Assembly: GCA_963707915.1 (NCBI GenBank)
Contig: OY970178.1
Location: 2,272,001-2,336,000, forward strand
DNA: 64,000 nucleotides
Direction: 5' to 3'
From: Candidatus Eiseniibacteriota bacterium
GTDB taxonomy: Bacteria > Eisenbacteria > RBG-16-71-46
How positions within the stretch are numbered: position 1 is the first letter of the stretch; every line of letters begins with the position of its first letter. The notes under the pieces were generated by a model that searched no databases, was not told the DNA's origin, and saw nothing but the letters and a program-made list of their open reading frames with translations. A program made the translations under genes and the position numbers. Below, piece after piece: positions 58,834 through 64,000 of this stretch.

Positions 58834-59955
58834 CTAGCTCTTGCTCCGGCCGCCGCGCTTCGCCGCGGTCCGTCCCCGGCCCGCCGCTCCGTGCTTCACC
58901 GGCCGGCTCTTGCTGGTGGTCGCCCGCGCGCTGCGCTGGCTGGTGGCCGAGGCGCGCTCGGCCTTCTTGAGCCGCCCGGTCGCGGGCTTCACCCGCGTCT
59001 TCTTCTCGTCGGCCGCGCGCTTGGGCTTGAGCCTGGCGTGGTCCGGCCCCGCGCCGCGCTTCGACGACACCGTGCGCGTCGCGGCCGCGGGCGCCTTCTT
59101 CGCCGTCTTCTTCGCACCGTGATACTCGGGACGGACGGCCAGCCGGCTCATCGCCTTCGAGCCCTTCTTCACGGGCTTGCGCATCGCCACCTGGTGCGTG
59201 GGCACGTCCTGGTCGTAGGGCTCGGCCAGCTCCTCCTCGAACGTCTCCGGCGGCGCGGTCTCGCGGAACACGACCACGTTGCCGTCCGGGTCGAGCGCCT
59301 CGGCGAAGAACCCGAAGTCCTGCTCGGTCGGGGCGGTCGCGAAGACGACGTCCCGCTCGGCGATCTCGTCGACCCAGGCGTCCAGGTCGAGGGTCTCGAG
59401 GCAGAAGGCGATCCGCTGCCCGGCGTGCAGCGGGTGGTTGAGGCCCGCGGGGCGCTTGTGGACCGCGAGACGCACGTCACCCGCCTCGAACTCCACCCAG
59501 TGAGGGCTCACGTACGAGGTGGCCAGCCCGAGCCGGTCGCGGTAGAAGGCCACCGCCTGGTCGAGGTCCCGCACGTTGACGACGACCGTGCCGACGACCG
59601 GGCCGGCGTCGCTCGAACGGTCTCCGCCCGAGCGCAGCGCGACGAGGTTCCCCTCGGGGTCGCGGAACTGCGCCGTCGTCCCGTACGGCTGCTCCTGGAT
59701 CTCGCCCACCGGGTGGAGGCCCCGGTTGCGCAGGCGGTCGACCTCGCCCTTCACGTCGGGGCTGTCGAAGGTGAGCTCGATCTCGTGCCGGTGCATGGCG
59801 CCCAGCGGGTGCAGCGCCAGCGTCACGCCGGCGGTGCGGTAGGACGTCCAGTTCGGTCCCGCGTAGACCGGGTACAGGCCGATGCCCTCCTCGTAGAACT
59901 TCCGGGCGGCTTCCACATCGGGAGTGAAGAGGATGATCTGGACCAGGCGTCTCAT
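58834..59955 (-). CDS. Tandem VOC/glyoxalase-domain protein with a basic C-terminal tail
   Basis: ARKFYEEGIG..FRDPEGN and AVAFYRDRLGL..DPDGN, followed by about 120 K/R/A-rich residues. Confidence 0.85.
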   Translation of the reverse strand: MRRLVQIILFTPDVEAARKFYEEGIGLYPVYAGPNWTSYRTAGVTLALHPLGAMHRHEIELTFDSPDVKGEVDRLRNRGLHPVGEIQEQPYGTTAQFRDPEGNLVALRSGGDRSSDAGPVVGTVVVNVRDLDQAVAFYRDRLGLATSYVSPHWVEFEAGDVRLAVHKRPAGLNHPLHAGQRIAFCLETLDLDAWVDEIAERDVVFATAPTEQDFGFFAEALDPDGNVVVFRETAPPETFEEELAEPYDQDVPTHQVAMRKPVKKGSKAMSRLAVRPEYHGAKKTAKKAPAAATRTVSSKRGAGPDHARLKPKRAADEKKTRVKPATGRLKKAERASATSQRSARATTSKSRPVKHGAAGRGRTAAKRGGRSKS

Positions 59956-60064
59956 GGTGTCCTCGGTTGCGATGGGGTCTCGGCTCGAGCGCGCGTGATG
60001 TCTGAGGTTGGATGCCGGTCGCGGCGCAACGGCGCCTGGGTTCGCGCGGTCACGCGTCGGACGG

Positions 60065-60664
60065 CTACCGATCCGCCCGCGGGGAGCGCCCGTTCACGAA
60101 GCGCCACGCCGTCGGCAGCGCGAGCGCGGCCGCCACGGCCTTGACCAGGTCCCCCGGCAGGAACGGCAGCAGGCCCGCGGCCCACACCCGGTCGGCCGGC
60201 AGGAAACGCGCGAGCGCGGCCGTCCCGGCGGCCAGGATCACCGCGGAGCCGAGCAGCATCGCCAGCAACGTGCCGCCGAAGCGCCGGTCCCAGCCGCGCT
60301 CCGCGCACAGGCCGGTGACGGCGGCGGCGAGCGGGAATGCGAGCAGGAAGCCGCCCGTCGGCCCTGCGAGCACCAGCGGGCCGCCCAGGCCGCCCGCGAA
60401 GAACGGCAGGCCGAGCGCCCCCTGGAGCAGGTAGAGCGCCTGCGCCAGCGCACCGCGCCGGGCGCCCAGGGCAGCGCCGGTGAGCAGCACGGCGAAGGTC
60501 TGCCCGGTGAGCGGCACCGGCGACCACGGCAGCGGCAGGGCGACGCGGGCGGCCGCGGCCGTGACCAGGCTCGCACCGACGACCAGGAGGACATCGCGCA
60601 GGACGCCGGCGCGCGGCAGGGCCGCGTCGGCGAGGGTCAACGTACGGACGGTGGACATGGACAC
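60065..60664 (-). CDS. bioY: Biotin transporter BioY
   Basis: PVPLTGQT, GLPFFAG, GPTGGFL and PFLPGD. Confidence 0.93.
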   Translation of the reverse strand: MSMSTVRTLTLADAALPRAGVLRDVLLVVGASLVTAAAARVALPLPWSPVPLTGQTFAVLLTGAALGARRGALAQALYLLQGALGLPFFAGGLGGPLVLAGPTGGFLLAFPLAAAVTGLCAERGWDRRFGGTLLAMLLGSAVILAAGTAALARFLPADRVWAAGLLPFLPGDLVKAVAAALALPTAWRFVNGRSPRADR

Positions 60665-60947
60665 CTCGGATGAGTAGGGCGCGGCCGGGCGAGGCCGGGC
60701 ACATCGGTCGCCCGCTCACGCAGTCTCCGCAGCGACTTCCAACCGGATCAAGACCGTTGCAAGACCGCGCGAACCTAGCACGGTCCCCCGGGGTGGGCAA
60801 TGGTCAAGCGGCCCTCGTCACGGAGTCGTCATGCGGGCCCGGCGCGACGCGGCGGCACGGTGCGTGCGCCCGGGACCAGGTCCCCGCGGGCACGCCGGGG
60901 AGCGGGCGAACCGGGGTCCGCGCGGCCGCCGGCGACGAGACGTCGCG

Positions 60948-62226
60948 GGTAGCGTCAAGAGTCATGTGTCAGGAGGAAGGGGGCTGAGGTTCCGGCCTTG
61001 TGGTTTTCGTAGGTGAAGACGGCGAACAGGATGCGCTCCATGGAGGTGCGGTCACTGAAGACCCCCATGGGGCGCGTTCTTCTGCGGACCTCGCGGAAGC
61101 GGCGTTCGATGGCGTTGGTGGTGCGGGTGGCCTGGCGCCAGGCGGAATCGTCGAAGGCGAAGAACGCCAGCAGGTCCTCGAGGTCCTGCTGCAGGCAGCG
61201 GACCGCGGCCGGGTAGCGGGTGTGCCAGCGGTCGACCAGGTGCCGGGCGGCCGCTCGTGCAGTGGTGCGGTTGACTGCGTGGCTGATGCGGTGCAGGTCG
61301 CGCTTGACCCGCTCGCGGTCGGTGTCTCGCACCTTGTCGAGGATGTTGCGGGTCTTGTGGGCCCAGCAGCGGCCGACCCGGACCCGCGGGTAGACCAGCG
61401 GCAGCGCGGCGAGCAGACCGGCACCGCCATCGGTGGCGATCAGGGTGAGGCCCTCGCCGGTGAGCCCGCGGGCATAGAGATCGTTGAGGAACGCCTCCCA
61501 GGCCGGCTGGCTCTCGGCCGGGGCGAGGCGGAAGTCGAGGATCTCCTTCTTCCCGGCGAGCGTGATCCCGAGCGCCACCAGCACGGGCCGGCGCAACGCC
61601 CCGGCGCCGCTCTTGCGGGCCAGCACCACGCCATCGAGCAGCACGGCCCGGTAACGGTTGGCGAGCGGGCGACGATGGAACGCGGCGGCCGCCTCATCCA
61701 GGCCCCGCGCCACCCGGCTCACCGTCGCCGGGCTGACCCGCTCGCCCAGCAGGGGCAGCAGCGCCTCGCCCACCTTGCGGGTCGAAAGCCCGAGGACGAA
61801 GCCGGCCAGGATCACCCGCTCGAGTTGGGGCACCCGCCGGGCATAGCGGCCCAGCACGGCGACCGCGCTGTAGGTCCGGGAGCGTGGCACCTGCAACTCC
61901 AGGACGCCGACCTCATGCCACAGCCAGCGGCGGTAGCTGCCATTGCGGCGGTCAGCGACCCCGGCCGCGGCCAGTTCGGCGATCCGGTTGCCCACCAGGC
62001 CGTGCATCCGCTCCTCGATCACCCGCCGGACCGCGGCCTGGCTCGCCTGCCTCAGCTCGTTCCACTCCGGCGCCTGCACCGCCATCGACTTGAGCATCCG
62101 CACCGCCTGCTTCACACTGCGCACCGCAGCGACCTGCTGCATGGGGGTACCTCCTTGAGGTGGTTGGCCCTGCCTCTGTTGGAGTACCCCCTTCCTTGTC
62201 CCTGACACAAACACTGGTACATCACC
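60948..62226 (-). mobile_element. IS256-family insertion sequence, apparently complete
   Basis: Imperfect terminal IRs (GGT...TGTGTCAGG at both ends). The 8-bp direct repeat ACGTCGCG occurs at 60940-60947 and 62227-62234. Contains a single transposase ORF. Confidence 0.93.
60955..62142 (-). CDS. IS256-family transposase
   Basis: RNGSY, VPR, GLSTRKV, LDG, TDG, RCWAH and TTNAIER (DDE), with an AAGGAGG RBS. Confidence 0.95.
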   Translation of the reverse strand: MQQVAAVRSVKQAVRMLKSMAVQAPEWNELRQASQAAVRRVIEERMHGLVGNRIAELAAAGVADRRNGSYRRWLWHEVGVLELQVPRSRTYSAVAVLGRYARRVPQLERVILAGFVLGLSTRKVGEALLPLLGERVSPATVSRVARGLDEAAAAFHRRPLANRYRAVLLDGVVLARKSGAGALRRPVLVALGITLAGKKEILDFRLAPAESQPAWEAFLNDLYARGLTGEGLTLIATDGGAGLLAALPLVYPRVRVGRCWAHKTRNILDKVRDTDRERVKRDLHRISHAVNRTTARAAARHLVDRWHTRYPAAVRCLQQDLEDLLAFFAFDDSAWRQATRTTNAIERRFREVRRRTRPMGVFSDRTSMERILFAVFTYENHKAGTSAPFLLTHDS

Positions 62227-62300
62227 ACGTCGCGGGCCGGCTTGCCGCCGGACGAGGCCCGGGCGCATGCTCGCGTCCCGCCTGCCGGAGGGAGACCCCG

Positions 62301-62804
62301 ATGCTCACCGCCGAAGACGTGAAGCGCCTGCTCGCGCTCGAGCCGCTGCAGCCCGAGGGCGGCTGCTTCGCCGAGACCTACCGCGCGCGCGCGTCGCTCG
62401 CTCCCGGCACGCTGCCCGGCCTGGACGCGCCGCGGCCGCTCGCGACCGCGATCTACTACCTGCTCGAGCCGGGCAACTTCTCGGCGCTGCACCGGCTGCG
62501 GGCCGACGAGGTCTTCCACTTCTACCTCGGCGATCCGGTGGAGATGCTCCAACTCGGTCCCGGCCCGCCGGGCCGCCTGCTGCGGCTGGGCGGAGACCTC
62601 GCCGCCGGAGAGCGCCCGCAGGCGGTGGTGACCGCCGGCACGTGGCAGGGCACGCGGCTGGTCGCGGGCGGGCGCTGGGCCCTGCTCGGCACCACCGTGG
62701 CCCCGGGCTTCGACGCCGCCGACTTCGAGCTCGGCCGCCGCGAGGATCTGGTGGCGGGCTGGCCGGCGCACCGCGCGGCGATCGAGGCGCTGACGCGCGG
62801 GTAG
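62301..62804 (+). CDS. Cupin (DUF985/Cupin_5-like)
   Basis: PEGGCFAETY, TAIYYLL, HRLRADEVFHFY and VAPGFD..DFE. Confidence 0.9.
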   Translation: MLTAEDVKRLLALEPLQPEGGCFAETYRARASLAPGTLPGLDAPRPLATAIYYLLEPGNFSALHRLRADEVFHFYLGDPVEMLQLGPGPPGRLLRLGGDLAAGERPQAVVTAGTWQGTRLVAGGRWALLGTTVAPGFDAADFELGRREDLVAGWPAHRAAIEALTRG

Positions 62805-62872
62805 CACGGCGCGCGGGGCGTCCGGGACGACCCTCACGGAAGGACGAGGCGCCCGGCCCCCGGGAGCAGGGC

Positions 62873-63529
62873 CTAGCGCTGGGGCTTCTGGACCAGGCCC
62901 TCGCGGATCGCGAACTGCGTCAGCAGCGCCACCGACTTGAGGTTGAGCTTGCGCATCAGGTTCGCGCGGTGCGTCTCGACCGTGCGCGTGCTGATGTCGA
63001 GCTGCGTGGCGATCTCCTTGGTCGAGAGCCCCTTGACCACCAGCGCCACCACCTCGCGCTCGCGCTCGGTGAGCGTGTCCATCGGGCGCGGCGGCGCGGA
63101 GTGCGCACGCAGCAGCTCCGACAGCTCGCGCTGCACCGGCGGGCTGTAGTAGGCGCGGCCGGCCCGCACCGCCTCGATCGCCGCCACCAGGTCCTGCACC
63201 GCGGAGTCCTTGAGCAGGTAGCCGTCGGCCCCGTCCTGCACCGCGCGCGCCACGTATTCGGCGTCGGCGTGCATGGTGAGCACCAGCACCTTGACGCCGG
63301 GCTGCGTCGCCTTCACCTGCCGCAGCACGTCGAAGCCGTCGGCGCCCGGCATGGTCAGGTCGAGGACCAGCACGTCCACCGGCTCCGCCTGCAGGAACTC
63401 GAGCGCCGCCTCGCCGTTCGAGACCTCGCCCGCCACGGCCAGGCCGGGCTGCGCTTCCAGGATGCGCCGCACGCCGGTCCGCACCAGCGGGTGGTCGTCG
63501 GCCAGCAGGACGCGCACGGTATCGCTCAC
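62873..63529 (-). CDS. NarL/LuxR-family response regulator
   Basis: LADDH, LDLTMP, GYLLK and LTEREREV..TVETHRANLMRKL. Confidence 0.95.
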   Translation of the reverse strand: MSDTVRVLLADDHPLVRTGVRRILEAQPGLAVAGEVSNGEAALEFLQAEPVDVLVLDLTMPGADGFDVLRQVKATQPGVKVLVLTMHADAEYVARAVQDGADGYLLKDSAVQDLVAAIEAVRAGRAYYSPPVQRELSELLRAHSAPPRPMDTLTEREREVVALVVKGLSTKEIATQLDISTRTVETHRANLMRKLNLKSVALLTQFAIREGLVQKPQR

Positions 63530-64000
63530 GGCGTGGCTCCGGTGGGGATGAGGGCCTCGAGCCGGAAGCCCTGGGCGGGCGACGCGGCGACGGTCAGTGT
63601 ACCTCCAAGCGCGGTGACGCGCTCGCGCATGCCGAGCAGGCCGAGCTGCGGCTTCGGCTCGCCGGCCATCCCGCGGCCGTCGTCCTCGACCGCAAGCCGC
63701 AGCCCCGCCTCCGACGCCCCCAGCCCGACGCGCACCTGGCGGGCCCCGGCGTGGCGCGCGACGTTGGTGAGCGCCTCCTGCACCACGCGGTAGATGACGA
63801 CCTCCTGCTCGGGCGTGAAGCCGCGCAGGCCCTCGTCGATCGAGAGCGCGACGTCGACGTGCGTGCGCCGCGTGAAGTCCTCGGCCATCGCGCGCAACGC
63901 GGGCAGCAGCCCGAGGTCGTCGAGCACGCTCGGCCGCAGCAGGTTGCTCAGGTCGCGCACCTGCGCCAGGGCACGCGCCACCATCTCGCTCGCCTCCTTG
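63526..64000 (-). CDS. HisKA_3-type sensor kinase, C-terminal part (5' end outside the window)
   Basis: LRPSVLDDLGL, QEALTNVARHA, DDGRG and GLLGMRER. Confidence 0.92.
   Translation of the reverse strand, partial: KEASEMVARALAQVRDLSNLLRPSVLDDLGLLPALRAMAEDFTRRTHVDVALSIDEGLRGFTPEQEVVIYRVVQEALTNVARHAGARQVRVGLGASEAGLRLAVEDDGRGMAGEPKPQLGLLGMRERVTALGGTLTVAASPAQGFRLEALIPTGATP

Overview
This is a very GC-rich bacterial chromosomal window. A Gram-negative envelope is indicated by TolC, a TonB-dependent receptor and beta-barrel proteins. A FlgD-Ig/T9SS-CTD-like C-terminal domain suggests an FCB-group lineage such as Ca. Eisenbacteria, which is an inference only. About 60 CDS are present: two MacAB-type ABC export clusters, several two-component systems, a multiheme cytochrome/4Fe-4S/NrfD respiratory cluster with a heme-binding kinase and a REC-GcvH-like fusion, trxB, ETF-QO, a TBDR-YfiR-hybrid kinase operon, queG, moaDE, tnaA, lactate permease, bcp, sod, ispH, arsR-arsM, bioY, and an intact IS256-family element with an 8-bp target duplication. 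The most notable unexplained feature is a pair of homologous, equal-length (179-nt core) structured non-coding elements at about 6247-6432 and 13026-13210. Each has its own sigma70-like promoter, conserved stems and exchanged loop sequences, and together they bracket the respiratory cluster. Several genes in the first 12 kb carry small indels that are probably sequencing or consensus errors.
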